A DNA stretch of 64,000 nucleotides. Source: Raja brachyura (taxonomy: Eukaryota). Made by a program: the position numbers and the translations under genes. The stretch lies in NCBI GenBank assembly GCA_963514005.1, contig OY740797.1, forward strand, positions 19,716,001-19,780,000, given 5' to 3'. This document shows, one piece after another, positions 11,390-25,599 of the stretch. The notes under the pieces are model-generated. The model made no database searches, had not been told where the DNA came from, and saw only the letters and a program-made list of their open reading frames with translations. Each line of letters begins with the position of its first letter. The first letter of the stretch is position 1.

Positions 11390-13330
11390 GTCACACAATA
11401 TAAAATAGCAAATTTGTGTTTAGAGTCGGGTTGAGGCAAAATACAAAACAAGTACATTGCATCTGTATTGACCGAGGAGAAGGGCACGGAAGACGGCGAG
11501 TTCAGTGTTGAGAATATTAATATTCAATTACAGATTTTGGATTAAGGTACTGGGTTTAAAAAAAAAATAACGTGGATAAACTCACAGGGCCGAATGCGAT
11601 AAATTCCAAGTGATTGAGAGAGGCAAGAGTGGAAATTGCAAGAGCATTGACAAAGATTTTAGCATTTTTTCTAGCTACATACAACGTTCTGGAGGACTGC
11701 AGAGTAGCTAATGTTGTTCCATGGTTTAAAAAGGGAAGTAGAGGGAATCTAACTAATATAGGCCTGGTGCACCTCACGTCACTAGTAGGGGGGCTATTGG
11801 ATAGGATTCATTTTGATAGGATTTAATCCCATTTGGAAGAGAATGGTTTCATTTAGACCAGTCAGCATGGCTTTATATGTGACAGGTCATTTTTTACTAA
11901 CAATCCAGATTTTTTTGAAGAGGGAGCAAAGGTGATCCATGACAGCAGGATAGTGGGTGGCATCTACATAGATTTTAGGGATGCATTTGATGTAGGCTGA
12001 TCCAAAAGATCAGGATCTTGTGTATTAACAGAGGATTAACAATGATTTGATTGTATGGATTCATAAATGGCTTACTAATAGAAGGCAGTGGGTAGTGGTG
12101 GAAGAATAATATTCAGGCTGGAGGTCTGGATGATCTATTTTACATTTTTGGTGTACTCCGTCCCCTTTGATATCTTGTTTTCACACCTTACCCTTCCATA
12201 TCTTTGTGTCTCCCACTCCACTGACTCTCAGTCTGAAGAAGGGTCTCAACCTGAAATGTCACCCATTCCTTTTATCTAGAGTTGCTGCCTGTCCTGCTGA
12301 GTTACTCCTACATTTTGTGTTTTTCTTCGGTGTAAATCAGCAACTGCAGTTCCTTCCTACACTTAATATTTTCTCTAGCTGAAGGGCAACACTCCAGAGG
12401 ACTGGAGAACAGCCAATATTGTTCCTTTGTTTAAGAAGTAAACTAGAGACGATCAAGGAAATTATAGGACTGCGGCTCATACTAGTGCTAGAACAGCTAT
12501 TGGAATGGATTATTCAGGAGAGGCTTTATTTGTATTATAAAGAAAATTGGGTAATTAAAGACAGTCAGTGTGGCTTTGTACATGGAAGGCCATGTATTAT
12601 GTCCCTGATTGGTGTTTATGAGCAGGAGATGAAGGTGATTGATCTGGGTGGGGCAGTGGATGCTGTCTACATTTATTTTTAGCAAGACATTTGAAAAAAT
12701 CCCTCATGCTATGTAATCCAGAAGATGAAAGTGTTTGGAATCCAAGGTGATGTGGTTGTTTGAATTCAGAACTGACTTACTTAGCGAAGACTGAGTGCTG
12801 TGATGGAAGTGAATTATTTTGGCTGGATGTCCGTGAACAATAACGTTTCTCAGGGATCTGCACTAGGACCTCTGTCATTTGCAATATATAAAAATTATTT
12901 GCAAATAAATGGGTTGGTTAGTGGTTTTCAAATAATACCAAAATTGGGAAACTTGTGGAAAAGAGGTTGGCAGTCAAATTATATAAAAGGGATTATAAGC
13001 AGTTGCAGAAATGGACGGAGAAATGGCAGAATGAGTGTGCAAGTGGGGTGCACTTTGGGAGGTCAAATGTAAGGCAAAAGTATACACTCAATGGAAAGTG
13101 ACTCAGCAGCATCGATATACAGAGGGCTCTCGGGCTCCTAGTCCATAGCTCCCTGATAAAGGTAATACAAGTAGATAAAGTAATAAATAAAGCATCTGAT
13201 ATGATTGCTTGCATCAATCAGAGCATTGAATAGAAAAGTTAGGAAATTGCGTTTAATTGAACTTGGCATCATGTTCGACATGGACATTATGGGATCAGGG
13301 TCTGTTCCTGTGCTGTACTTTTATATGTTC
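11390..13330 (+). mobile_element. Degenerate CR1 LINE fragments (interrupted by a Penelope-type short repeat at ~12135-12362)
   Basis: EDCRVANVVPWFKKG, SQCGFVHGRPC, SQGSALGPL and a CR1 3' tail; many stops and indels. Confidence 0.75.
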
Positions 13331-13627
13331 TAATGTGTTGCTATTAAATTAAATGTATTCATTTGCAATAAATTTGCAAAATCAAGATTTGCCGAAAAGT
13401 CTTCTCTATCAGATTAGTTGACCCAAATTAGGAAGAAATAATCCTTCAATGGTGCCACTCACACTGCCACCCAACGTGGCCTGCTCAATGATTTAGTAAC
13501 TGCAGGACAGGGATAGATTGGTAGTCATTTCCAGATTTCAGATTTGCAAATCAATTAATATAACAAGCTGCCAAGGGAATTGGCATAAACGGGTATCATT
13601 AAGACATTTAAATAAAACCCGGACAGT

Positions 13628-14640
13628 TCATAAGGTCATAAGTGATGGGAGTAGAATTAGGCCACTCAATCCTGGCTGATCTATCTCTCCCTCCTAACCT
13701 CATTCTCCTGCATTCTCCCCATAACTGTCACCTGTACTAATCAAAAATCTATCTATCTCTGCCATAAAAATATCCACTGGCTTGGCCTCGACAACCTTTT
13801 GTGGCAAAGAAATCCACAAATTCACCAGCCTCTGACTAAAAAAAAATCCTCATCTCCTTCCTAAAAGAATGTCCTTTAATTCTGAGTCTGTGACCCGTAG
13901 TCCTAGACTCTCCCACTAGTGGAAACGTCCTCTCCACATCCACTCTATCCAAGACTTTCACTATTCTTCACATTCCATTAACTGTAGTCATCAATCTGCC
14001 ATTCTTTGCAAACTTTTTCCCATTTACTTTGTGATTCTTAATATCATCAACACCAGAATGAAATATTTGGTTGTATTTACTTCATGTGAGGAGATGGATA
14101 ACAAAACATGGATGATTTGCCAGTCCCACTTTCCGGCACCTGTTTCATGTCCCAAAAAAATATTTCCTCTCACTGCACCCGCCTGTCCTTTAACTGTCTC
14201 AATTATGTCTGCCTCAGCAGCTTCCTCCCATAGCTCTTACATGTATGCACACTTTGTGTGGCCCTCAAGTTCCATTAAGTATTTTAGACAATAGACAATA
14301 GACAATAAATAGGTGCAGGAGTAGGCCATTCGGCCCTTCGAGACAGCACCGCCATTCAATGTGATCATGGCTGATCACCAGTACCCCGTTCCTGCCTTCT
14401 CCCCATATCCCCTGATTCCGCTATTTTTAAGAGCCCTATCTAGCTCTCTCTTGAAAGCATCCAGTGAACCTGCCTTCACCGCCCTCTGAGGCAGATAATT
14501 CCACAGACTCACCACTCATCTTCTAAATGGCTTACTCCTTATTCTTAAACTGTGGCCCCTGGTTCTGGACTCCCCCAACATCGGGAACATGTTTCCTGCC
14601 TCTAGCGTGTCCAAACCCATAACAATCTTATATGTTTCAA
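13628..14640 (-). mobile_element. Two CR1 3' ends (about 13628-13965 and 14285-14640)
   Basis: Reverse complements of the CR1 3' UTR seen at 7780-7905; (tagacaa)x3 tail at ~14285-14306. Confidence 0.8.
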
Positions 14641-14654
14641 TGTTTCATTTTCCA

Positions 14655-15963
14655 TCTCTATAATACTAAAACTCTTCCTATTGTTTATGTTTGTGCTGAC
14701 AAGTTGCCCACGATGTTTCAATCTGCTTGTCCTATCTTCTTCCAACTGCTTGGCCACAGCCTTCCCATTTTCACATATCCTACTCACATTTTTCCCATCG
14801 AGGTGATAAACATCTTCCTGTCGCAGTCCCGCCTATATTTCCGAAGTTATTAATCCTTTAAATTTAAAAAACAGCCCCAAAAACTCATCCATTTTAGAAA
14901 AAAGAACCCAAATGACGTCCCAATGCACTCACAAGGCAGGGCGTGACGCTCCAGGAGGGAGGGACACTCCAGCGCTCGTGGTGAACAAGGAGGTATGGTG
15001 GCTGCAGGCGCCTGATGTCCAAACCTGGTGGGGAGGGTGGTGCTGGAGTGAGAGCCGAGGCCGGGGCTTGGGATGGGGCCGTAACAGGGGCCAAGAAAGA
15101 AGCTGCTGCTGGAACTAAGGACGCGCCTGGGTCTAGCGTTAGGGACGAACCCAGAGATGAAGTCCGGGCCTGGACTGGAGCCCAGGCAGCAGCCGCAGTG
15201 ATGACTGGAGTCTGGAGATGAAGTTGGGGCCTTCACTGGAAGCCAGGCAGCAGTTGAGCTGATGACTGGAGTCTACAGCCAGGGCCGGGCCCAGTTCCAG
15301 GCCCTGGGGCTGCTCTATGACCTGGATAGGTGCTGGGGCAGGGAATGGGGGTGAGGGGAGGAGAATGAGGGGGAGGGAGATGTGGTGGGAAATGCGGTGG
15401 TAGAGGGAGATGGGGGGGGGGGTGCAGTATGGAGATGGGGAAGGGTGGAGGAGGGAGATGCCCCCTCCCTATCTACCCCCTCCCTCTCCCTCCCTTTCCC
15501 TCTCCCTCTCAACCATCCCTCCGCCTCACTCTACCCCCTCCCTCTTCCTCTGCCCCCTCCCTCCCTCTCTGCCCCTCTCCCTCCCTCTCTGCCCCTCTCC
15601 CTCTATCCCCTCCACCTCCCTCTACCCTCCCTCTCTACTCCCCTCCCTCTCTACCCCTTCCCCCTCCCTCTCTACCACCTTTCCCTCTCTAGCCCCCTCC
15701 CTCTCTACCACCCCTCCCTCTCTACCACCCCTCCCTTCTCTAGAGATTGAAGAGGTAGGGTGAAGAGGAGGAGGAGGGAGTGCTGGGGGATGAGGAGAAA
15801 CGGGCCATGCCTGCGCAGTTGGGGACTATGCGTGAGTGGTGCAATATTGCATTGGGGGAACGGCTTACGTTGGGGTAACGGGTGAGTGGTGTAATCTTGC
15901 GTTGGGGGAACAGGTGAGTGGTGGAATCTTGCGTTGGGGGAGTAGACCTGTGCTTGGTCTGGT
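14655..15963 (+). mobile_element. Non-autonomous Helitron-like element with purine/pyrimidine tracts
   Basis: Starts a|TCTCTATAATACTAAAA. Its 3' region (tgcgcagttgggg.ctatg..gagtggtgcaatattgc) is shared with 46925-46985 and ends cttggtctggt (degenerate CTRR). No TSD seen. Confidence 0.5.
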
Positions 15964-16419
15964 CTTACATTAAAACGGTGCCCTCTAGTATTTCTGACTC
16001 GCCCGCCCTGATGAAAAATTTGTGGCTGTTCACTTTATCTATGCTCGTTGTGATTTCATATATAGAACCTGTAAAAGACCAGATAGGTCTCTGACACTCT
16101 CGGGAAAATGATCAAGCCAATCCTCATTGCTCAAAGCCTCCAGATTCAATAAATACATTATAGCTCTAATCAACCTAATATTGAAACTTATAGAGAATTG
16201 CACATTAATAAATTGTGCCAATTTAGAAAAGTAAAACCAGATTCATACATGTCATTGTTAAGGGTAAATCAGGCTGATTTCTCAAAACGTAGCCTCACAC
16301 TGTCACGGCTGACATCATTAATCACTATGAATTAACCCCCCCCCCCTTCCATTTTGTATCCCTCTCTATTTTACATTTTCCCGCTCAATCATTCCCATAT
16401 TTTATATCTCATATCACAT

Positions 16420-16760
16420 GGCAGACAGACGAGGAGTTTCAAAGACTTTCACGGAACATCTCTGAAGAGATTCAAAATTGCAACGCCGCAGGGACCAACA
16501 CGCACTTGATCTGCCTGTTTTGCAGACCTCTCTAAAGAGTGGTGCTTGTTACTATGGAAAGCTAGAATGGAGGGAACAAAGATGAAAAAACAATCTGGAA
16601 AATCAATAACCACCGATGCGACAATTTCCCGACATCTCTGTCACATGTGCGGAATTAACCTTCGTGCCAAGTTTGGTCTAATCATCCACGTTTGTGCAGG
16701 TGACAACATGACAAACTAGATGTCATGGTTTCCCTGGAGAACGAGTGACCAACAACAGCA
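16420..16760 (+). mobile_element. Possible RTE-clade LINE 3' remnant
   Basis: Degenerate GRQ..FKD...SLK and C..CG....AKFGL..H motifs typical of RTE ORF ends. Confidence 0.4.
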
Positions 16761-16894
16761 ATCCCAATTAAGTATATTCTTTTCAAGAACAACAATCCCG
16801 TCCTGATGCAGAGTTTCAAGCGGAATCGTCAACCATCTGTTTACACCCACAGATCCTGCTCGACCCTCTGAGCTCCTCCAGCAGATATTTGCAG

Positions 16895-17950
16895 TAAATC
16901 TTCTCTGCACCCTTTCCAGCTTGACAACATCTTTTCTAAAACACAGTGCCCAGAACTGAACACAATACTCTAAATACGGCCTTACCAATGACTTATATCA
17001 CTGCAACATGACCTCAAAAGTCTATATTCAATACTCTGTCTGATTAAGGCACATGTGCCAAAAGCCTTTATGACCACTCTACCTACCTATGGTGCCACTT
17101 TCAAAGAACTATGTACCTGCACTCCCCAGAGCACTATCCTGCACTATGTTGGTCTACCCATGTTAGTCTTCCCAAAATGTACCCACCCGCATTTCTATTA
17201 AATTCCATCAACCATTCTTCAGCCCACTTGACCAACTGATCAAGATCATGCTGTAATCTTTTGAAAACGATCTTCACTACCTATGCAAATCCACGTCAAC
17301 TATCGCTAATCATCCCACGTCCATCTCGAGGCATTTCTTTCCTATCCCTCAGAATAATCTCCAGCAATTTACCAACCACGGATGATAAGCTCACTGGCCT
17401 GTAGTTCCCAGCCTTTTCCCTGCCATCCTTCTTGAATAAGGCACAACATTTGCCACCCTCCAGTCTTTGGACACCTCGCTTGTATTTAATGACGACATGT
17501 AAATCTCTCCCAGGGTCCTGCAATTTCCTCTCTAGCTTCCCAGAGTTCTCGGATATATCTGATCAGGCCTGGGAGATTTGTCTATCTTCATACGCTTCAC
17601 GATATCCAGCACCTCTTCAACTGTAATACTGACTGCTGTCAAAATATTTCCAGTGACAGTCCCAAGTTCCTCAGTTCTCCTGTCACTTTCTCCATGGCTG
17701 AAAAAATAGGAGAAGTACTCATTGAGGACCTTGCCCATCTCATGTGGCTCTACCAGAGTTGATCTTTTGATTCCTTATGGATCCCACACTCTCTGGTTCC
17801 CCTTTTGTCCCTTGATATACTTATAAAATCTATTGGGATTATACTTAATGCTATCTGTCAGGGTTATTTACTGTCCCCTTTTTGCCCTTCTGATTTCCTG
17901 TTTTAGCTTACTCCTTAGTTGTTGAAACTCTTCCAGGGATACACTTGATC
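16895..17950 (-). mobile_element. CR1 LINE fragments (degenerate)
   Basis: ORFs VRPYLEYCVQFW..RKDVVKLERVQRRF, LFKKDGREKAGNYRPVSLSSVVGKLLE and DKSPRPDQIYPR. Confidence 0.85.
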
Positions 17951-19229
17951 ACGTCAAACCTGACTCTTGATTCTGTCAACAATATTATCATCTTGTCTTA
18001 TCTAGGGGAAGATGTAGATTTGGCTTTTTATTCCACTTCGTTTCATGACCCTATCTGGATGCGAAGCTTTGCAAACTTCTTAATTCAACCCTCTACTGTT
18101 TACTGTAATTACAACATGTTTGATGACAATAAAGCGCTCTGGGACCAAAAGCAGATTTAAAACAGGTGCTCCCTCGTGTTTCTCGAGTTGTTTTCTTTGT
18201 TAAACAGCTCATCTCTTCTTCCAAGCATATTAACTGCCAAATTATTTCTGATTTATTTTCAGCTAAAATTACTTTAGTGTTTCAAAATGCCCCTCTCTTG
18301 CCGTAACCGATAACACAGGGGAATGTCAGGATATTTATCCAATTAACAATTTTATAATGATTGCCAATGTAACAATAAGTGGTTTGTCCTTCTGCGTTGC
18401 AATAGAAAGATTGGCACATTTAAAACTTGTTTTGAATTGATATCAAGATAATTGTTTCGTAATTCTTTTTTCCAGAATGTACACAGCGCGCAATTACCAA
18501 ACATAAAATTCTCAGAGCAAATATTTAGTTAATAGAAACAGGGTCTCGAATAAATTACTTAAATTAGACTTTTTCCACTTCAGCGTCAAATTGGATACCG
18601 CGAGCAGTTTGCAACTTCAGATCATTGTACTCTTTGACCACAGCGAGTTTCCATGATGTCACCAGCAGATTCAAGGTGCATTACTCTTATGGGTTAATTA
18701 CTTTTAGTTCGAGCTATGAATGTATTTATGGTGGTTCATTGGCTGTATCATCTTAAAAAGATGCAAATCTTAGAGAAGTTGCAAATGTGCATACTCTGGC
18801 TACAGCGAATTACAGACAGAAAGCTAAAGTTTGAAGAAATGTCTCGACTGGAGACGTCACCTACGCATCTACGATACTGCCTGATCCGCTGAGTTACTTC
18901 AGCACCATGTGTCTTTTTAAAAATGTCCTTCCAAAGGACGTACTCTTTCCAATCGCAATGGAACAACAAGCAAAACAAAGACACTTACAAAGGACAGGAA
19001 TAAATTGAAAAGGAGGCAGACAAGCACGCATGCACAGATTTAGATACACACATACACACATGTATTTAAACACATACATTTTACTGCGATGTTTTCTCAG
19101 AAACACACAACCACCAACTTTCATTAACACATCTTCAAACCATTTAAATAAAGTATGCAGAACGTACTTTACGGGAAGATAATGGTCTTGCAAAGTGAGT
19201 TTAGGGAGTTCCACAAATGTTTAAAATAA

Positions 19230-20290
19230 AGTCCTATCTCAGGATTCATGTGTGGGATCTGTACAGGAAACATTGATTGATCTAAACTGGAAGGGAATGA
19301 AGATCAGGGAAGAGAGGATTACTTAAGCTACTTAGAAGTGTTTAAACGAATTTGGGAAGGGAGAATGTCGGTGGAACCATAGAACCAGTGCAACAACTGG
19401 GGTGAAATTTGCGCAGGACAAATCAAGCATGTCCCAAGGGCAGAGTAGAGGGTGGCAGGTTCGCAAGCCGAAGAGGCTTAGCAGGCTCAACAGCATTTAC
19501 TTTATTGCAAGGTGTCTCACTGGCAAGTCAGATGACATTAGACATTGGGTCAGAACTTGGAATGATGACTTTATTGCAATCACATAACTGTATTAGAGGG
19601 AAGAGGGAAGGACAAGACTGGCAATGCAATGTTCCAAGTTATACAACTTTCAGGTGAGAAAGGGTACTGCAGAAGAGCAGGAGGGTATGTTTGCACTGCC
19701 TGTTAGGCAGAAAATAACTGGCCCATTGGGAGGATATCCTGGAGGGTTCATCCAATGAGGCCTTATGGATAGAATTTGGGAATAAGAGAGGAGCAATCAC
19801 TTTGCCAGAGTTATATGATAGGCTTCCCAGTAGTCAGGAAAAATGAGTGGATCAGGTATGTAAGGAAGCCGCCAAAGTTTGTTATAGTGGGCATTTTAAT
19901 ATGCTCAATCTTAACTGGAATGTCCTGATTGTCAAGGGTTTAGATGGGGAGAAATTTGTTCAGTGTGTAACCTACATTTTGTGAGCCAATATATTATTGG
20001 GCCTGTCAGAGATGAGTCAGTATGATGCTCGACATTATCTCAGGAAAGCAAACTGGGTAGGTGGCGGAAATGTTGGTGGAGCGAGACTTTTTGAACAGTG
20101 AAAATTCAGAAATGTTCCAGTTATTTATGCAAAGGGATCAGGTTGTTCCTTAAATTCGAGAAAGGCTTGTTTCAATAGCCTAACTAGAACTTGATGAATG
20201 TAGACTGCGCACAGATGCATGAGGTAAAACAACAACTGACAAGTGGAAGTCTTTTAAGGGACAATTAACCAGACTTCAGCTCCAGCAAGT
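19230..20290 (+). mobile_element. Old CR1 ORF2 N-terminal (APE endonuclease) remnant; CR1 RT-like sequence resumes at ~24615-24995
   Basis: LNSIYFIAR.LTGK.DD...W.DDFIAIT resembles the CR1 'LRCIYFNARSIRGKADEL..W.YDIIAITET' motif. Confidence 0.6.
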
Positions 20291-20291
20291 T

Positions 20292-23200
20292 CTTTTTTTT
20301 TTTGTAATATTTTTTTATTTGAAGTAATCAGTTTACAATGTATAGCTTACTTTATAAACTAACACCTTAATTCAATATTACTACAAATAACATATCAATA
20401 CTTAATATCTTCTATTTTTTGGAAATAAAGAAAAAGATATATAAAAGAGAAAAAAAGAGAAAAAAAAAGGGAATTAAAAAAAAAATAAAAAATTTCCCAC
20501 ATACTTCAACCATAAAAAAAAAGAAAATTTAAAAAACAAAAATATTACATATATATAAACAAAACTAAATACATTATACGAAATACTATTTCATACAGTA
20601 ATATCTATAATAAATGCGCAATAATATCAAATGTAAGTAAGTTATTTGCATCGGATTCCGTAGGGTGCCCGTCGAGCCGTGATTCCAAGAATAGCTACTT
20701 CTCTAAATACTGTATATATGGAGACCATATCGATTCAAAAGAATTATACCTGTCCAAAAGGACAAATCTAATTCTTTCCAAATTCAACGTCTCCAACATC
20801 TCTGCTTTCCACATTTTAATTGTTGGGGATAATGTTCCCTTCCAAAATTTAAGTATCATTTTTTTCCCTATTATTAAACAGTAATCAAAAAAATTTATTT
20901 GATTTACTGTGAGTACCAAATTTGGCTCCGGGATTCCAAATATTATTAATTTTGGTTCTGGGTCGAGTTCAACCTTAAGAACTTCCGAAACAACTTTAAA
21001 AATTTCAATCCAATAATAATTCAACCGTGGGCACGTTACAAAACTATGTATTAAATTTCAGATTCAGATTCAGATTCAGATTCAATTTTAATTGTCATTG
21101 TCAGTGTACAGTACAGAGACAACGAAATGCATTTAGCATCTCCCTGGAAGAGCGACACAGCAAATTATTTGAATAAATAACAATAAGTGTCCGGGGGGGG
21201 GGGGGGGGGGGGGTGATTGGCAGTCACCGAGGTATGTTGTTGAGTAGCGTGACAGCCGCCGGAAAGAAGCTGTTCCTGGACCTGCTGGTTCGGCAACGGA
21301 GAGACCTGTAGCGCCTCCCAGATGGTAGGAGGGTAAACAGTCCATGGTTGGGGTGAGAGAGGTCCTTGGCGATGCTGAGCGCCCTCCGCAGACAATGCTT
21401 GCTTTGGACAGACTCAATGGAGGGGAGCGAGGAACCGGTGATGCGTTGGGCAATTTTCACCACCCTCTGCAATGCCTTCCGGTCGGAGACAGAGCAGTTG
21501 CCATACCAAACTGTGATGCAGTTGGTAAGGATGCTCTCGATGGTGCAGCGGTAGAAGTTCACCAGGATCTGAGGAGACAGATGGACCTTCTTCAGTCTCC
21601 TCAGGAAGAAGAGACGCTGGTGAGCCTTCTTGATCAGAGTTGAGGTATTGTGGGTCCAAGAGAGGTCGTCGGAGAGGTTGACTCCCAAGAACCTGAAGCT
21701 AGAAACACGTTCCACCTCCGTACCGTTAATGTGGATGGGGGTGTGCGTGCCGCCCCTGGACTTCCTGAAGTCTACAATGAGCTCCTTGGTCTTCTTGGAG
21801 TTAAGGGCCAGGTTGTTGTCAGCGCACCATGCTGCTAAGTGCTGGACCTCCTCCCTGTAGGCCGACTCATCGTTGTTGCTGATGAGGCCAATCACCGTTG
21901 TATCATACGCATACTTGATGATGGTGTTTATTACTATGTACAGGTGTGCAGTCATAGGTGAAGAGGGAGTAGAGGAGGGGGCTCAGCACACAGCCCTGTG
22001 GAACGCCGGTGTTCAGGGTGAGGGTTGAAGAGGTGTGCTTGTCTAACCTAACAGACTGGGGTCTGTTGGTTAGAAAGTCCAGTATCCAGTTGCAGAGGGA
22101 AGGAGCGATGCACAGATTACCGAGTTTGGCGATCAATTTTGATGGTATAATGGTGTTGAATGCTGATCTGTAATCGATGAACAGCATTCTTACGTAAGTG
22201 TCTCTGTTGTCGAGGTGGGAGAGGGCGGAGTGAAGTGCCGTTGAGATGGCATCCTCCGTACTCCTGTTCTTGCGGTAGGCAAACTGATAGGGATCCAGTG
22301 TGGGGGGTAGGCAGCTTTTGAGGTGTGCCAGGACCAGCCTCTCGAAGCACTTGGTGATGATGGGGGTAAGTGTAACTGGGCGGAAGTCGTTGAGGCTTGC
22401 CGCAGTGGAGTGTTTTGGCACTGGCACGATGGAGGTGGTTTTAAGGCACGTGGGGACAACTGCCTGGGCAAGTGACAGGTTGAAGATATCAGTCCAGACG
22501 TCTGCCAGCTGCGCCGCACAGACCCTGAGCACGCGCCCGGGGATGCCGTCAGGGCCAGCAGCTTTACGTGCATTAGTCCTACTCAGTGCCACGTATACGT
22601 CGTGCATTAGTCCTACTCAGTGCCACGTATACGTCGTTTTGCTTCAAATTTGCTTCAAGATTCTTACATTTATCACAAATAGAGGAGAGACTAGGAAAGA
22701 TACTTTTTAATTTGGTTTTCGAGTAGTGTAATCTATATATAACTTTAAATTGTATCAATGTGTGTCTGGCATTCAAAGAACACCAATGTATTCTTTGTAA
22801 GCTTTCTTCCCAAGTTTCTTTTATGATAGGTAATCCAATTTCATTTTCCCATGCTTGACGATATGTTTCAGTTGTTGGGTTCTCTTTATCTAAAATAATA
22901 TTGTATATATAAGCTATAAGCTTATCCGTATTTGGATGTAAATTAAACAGCTCATCTAATAAGCCTGATTCTTTATTTTTATAGTCTTGTGTGTTGCATT
23001 TAATGAAATCTCTAATTTGTAAATACCTAAAATGGTGTTGTGAAGGTAGTCCAAAAATATCTTGTAACTCTTCAAATAATAAAAATTTTCCATTTCTATA
23101 AAGGTGTCCTATCCTTTTCATTCCTGAATCCTCCCACAGTCTAAACCCCGCATCTAAGGTTGAGGGTTTAAACAGTGTGTTATTCCTAATTGGTAACCTA

Positions 23201-24614
23201 AAAGAAAGATTATCCAGATATAAGGTCTTAACTATCTGTTTCCAAATACGCCTATTATTATGAATTATAGGGTTGTCCCTATAAGTCTTTTTTTGTACTT
23301 CCTTTGGTGCGAAAATAATCGACTCTATATTGAAAGGTAAACAGTCTTCCTTTTCCATTTTTAACCACATTGGTTCATCATCCATATTTACCCACCAAAA
23401 ATTCATATTCTTAATCTGGACTGCCCAAAAGTAGTATAGAAAATTTGGAAGTGCTAGCCCTCCATTTATCTTAGACTTACATAAATGTTTTTTACTTATT
23501 CTATGACTTTTGTAATCCCAAACAAAACTATTAACAATATTATCAATTTAAAAAAAAAAAATTTTGGGGAGAAAAAAAGGAATTGCCTGAAATAAATATA
23601 ACAATTGTGGTAAAAAAATCATCTTTATAGCATTAATTCTACCGATCATAGATATAGGGAGTGTTTTCCAATATGAAATGTTTTTTTTAAGTTTCTCTAA
23701 TAATTGATAATAATTAGCTTTAATTAATAATTTATAGGATTTAGACACATTGATTCCTAAATATTTAAATTTATCTGTAACTATTTTTAATGGGTATTTT
23801 TGTAATATATTTACATTTATACCAGTTATAGGCATAATGTCACTTTTATTCCAATTAATCCTATATCCTGAAAATACGCTAAATTCATTTATAACATTGA
23901 ATAACTTGGGAATACTACATTCCGGCTTAGTAATATAAATCAGAATATCGTCTGCATATAAAGATATCTTATTATTTGTTGTGTCAGTATTATACCCATA
24001 TATTTCAGGTTCTGATCTGATTCTTTCAGCCAGAGGTTCTATCACCAAGGCAAATAATAAAGGGGATAACGGACATCCCTGTCTGCATCCCCTAAAAAGT
24101 CTAAATTTAGGTGATAGTATTTGATTGGTTAAAATTCTTGCAGTAGGGTTAGAATATAATATTCTTACCCATTTACAAAATCCATCCCCCAGTTGATACT
24201 TTTCCATTATATTAAATAAATATGACCATTCCACCTGGTCGAATGCTTTTTCAGCATCCAACGATATAACTGCTAATTCTATATCTCTTCTTCTTCTCGA
24301 GTAGATAATATTAAACAAGCGTCTAAGATTATGTGATGAGTAACGTTTTGGAATAAAACCTGTTTGATCATAATGTATTATTTTGGAAATCACTAAACTT
24401 AGTCTCCGAGAAAGTACTTTAGTTAATATTTTTTGATCAGTATTTAAAAGGGCAATCGCTCGATATGATCCAGGATCTTCCAGATCCTTATCTAATTTAG
24501 GAATTAATGTGATTGTAGATTCATTTAAAGACTCTGGTAATTTTCCTAACTCATAGGTGTGTCTGTACACTATTTGTAATCTTGGTGAAAGTAGATCATG
24601 AAATTTTTTTTTTT
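20292..24614 (-). mobile_element. 5'-truncated L1-clade LINE (RT to 3' UTR), interrupted by a Rex1 insertion
   Basis: ORFs 23548..24570 ([25 protein letters not shown]), 22579..23406 and 20695..21024; AATAAA and poly(A) at ~20292-20320; same family as 59385-64000. Confidence 0.95.
21058..22636 (-). mobile_element. 5'-truncated Rex1/Babar-clade LINE nested inside L1
   Basis: [13 protein letters not shown]...DIFNLSL...[19 protein letters not shown]...[17 protein letters not shown]...[12 protein letters not shown] (YADD mutated, one frameshift); (AATCTG)n 3' tail at ~21058-21084. Confidence 0.92.
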
Positions 24615-25599
24615 TGCAGCAATTACAACTGTTGTGCTTTACTTCATTAATGAGGGAAATTAATGAGGAAGGTCTTAAGAGATATGATTTATGTACATTT
24701 GATAATTCAGGTATTTATCAGAGATAGTCAGTAGAGCTTTGTGCGGGGGTAAATCCTGCCTCACTAATTTGATTGAGGTGAGAATTTTATGAGCGAGAAC
24801 TAAGCAGTTCGTCAAGGTGGGATTGTAGGCATTTTTTTGATGTGACCTTCACTAAAGCATTTGACATGGTTTCACATTGTAGGCTGCTTCAGGAGATTAG
24901 GACACATTGGACCAAATGTAAATTGGCTAATTGCATCTTAAGTTGACATGGTGAAAGTAGACAGTTTGTAGTGGTGGAAAGCTACATTTCTGACTGCCTT
25001 GGCAATTAATTCCACACAACCATGGCCTTCTGTATGGAAATAAAACTTTCCCTCACTTATTTTTTAAATTTATCCTGTGTCAACTTAAACAATGCTATTT
25101 AATTCCAGACTCTCCTGGTGAAGGGAAATGACTACCTACTGTCCTATCTATGCTTCTGATAAATTTATAAATCTTGATGTATTCACACCCAGTCTCGTAC
25201 ACTTCAGTGAGAATAATCCAAGTCAACACAATTTCTTCTACTAACTACAGCTTATCATTCTCGACCTGATCCTGGTGAAATTCTTCTGCAAACTCTCTAT
25301 GGCTACTATATTTTTCTGTAGTGTGGTGATCTGAACTGTATGTAGTATGCCAAAGGCACACACAAACAGCACATGCTTACTCACATGTTTGAGAGCTTTA
25401 TGCTCCCACTGACTTCCCGGGAAAACCTATCTGCATTTTATGATTTTCCTTCCATGTTCTTGTTCATGACACTCGGTGGAGCATACTTCTTACTTACATG
25501 GATACATTTAGCTCTAAAAATACTCAAGAAGCACAACATTATTCAGGATAAAGAAACACTATTCATTTTATGTTGGTGAATGGGTATCAATGAGAAGTC

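Noticed and set aside
15315-15763. Pro/Leu/Ser-rich ORFs (also 46464-47026 and 44421-44880)
   Set aside because: These are translations of low-complexity purine/pyrimidine tracts or microsatellites, not genes.
18994-19036. Alternative leader exon for gene A (MRACLPPFQFIPVL|gtaagt)
   Set aside because: Poorly hydrophobic with no counterpart near gene B; the 55-nt exon at 10593-10539 is conserved in both paralogs.
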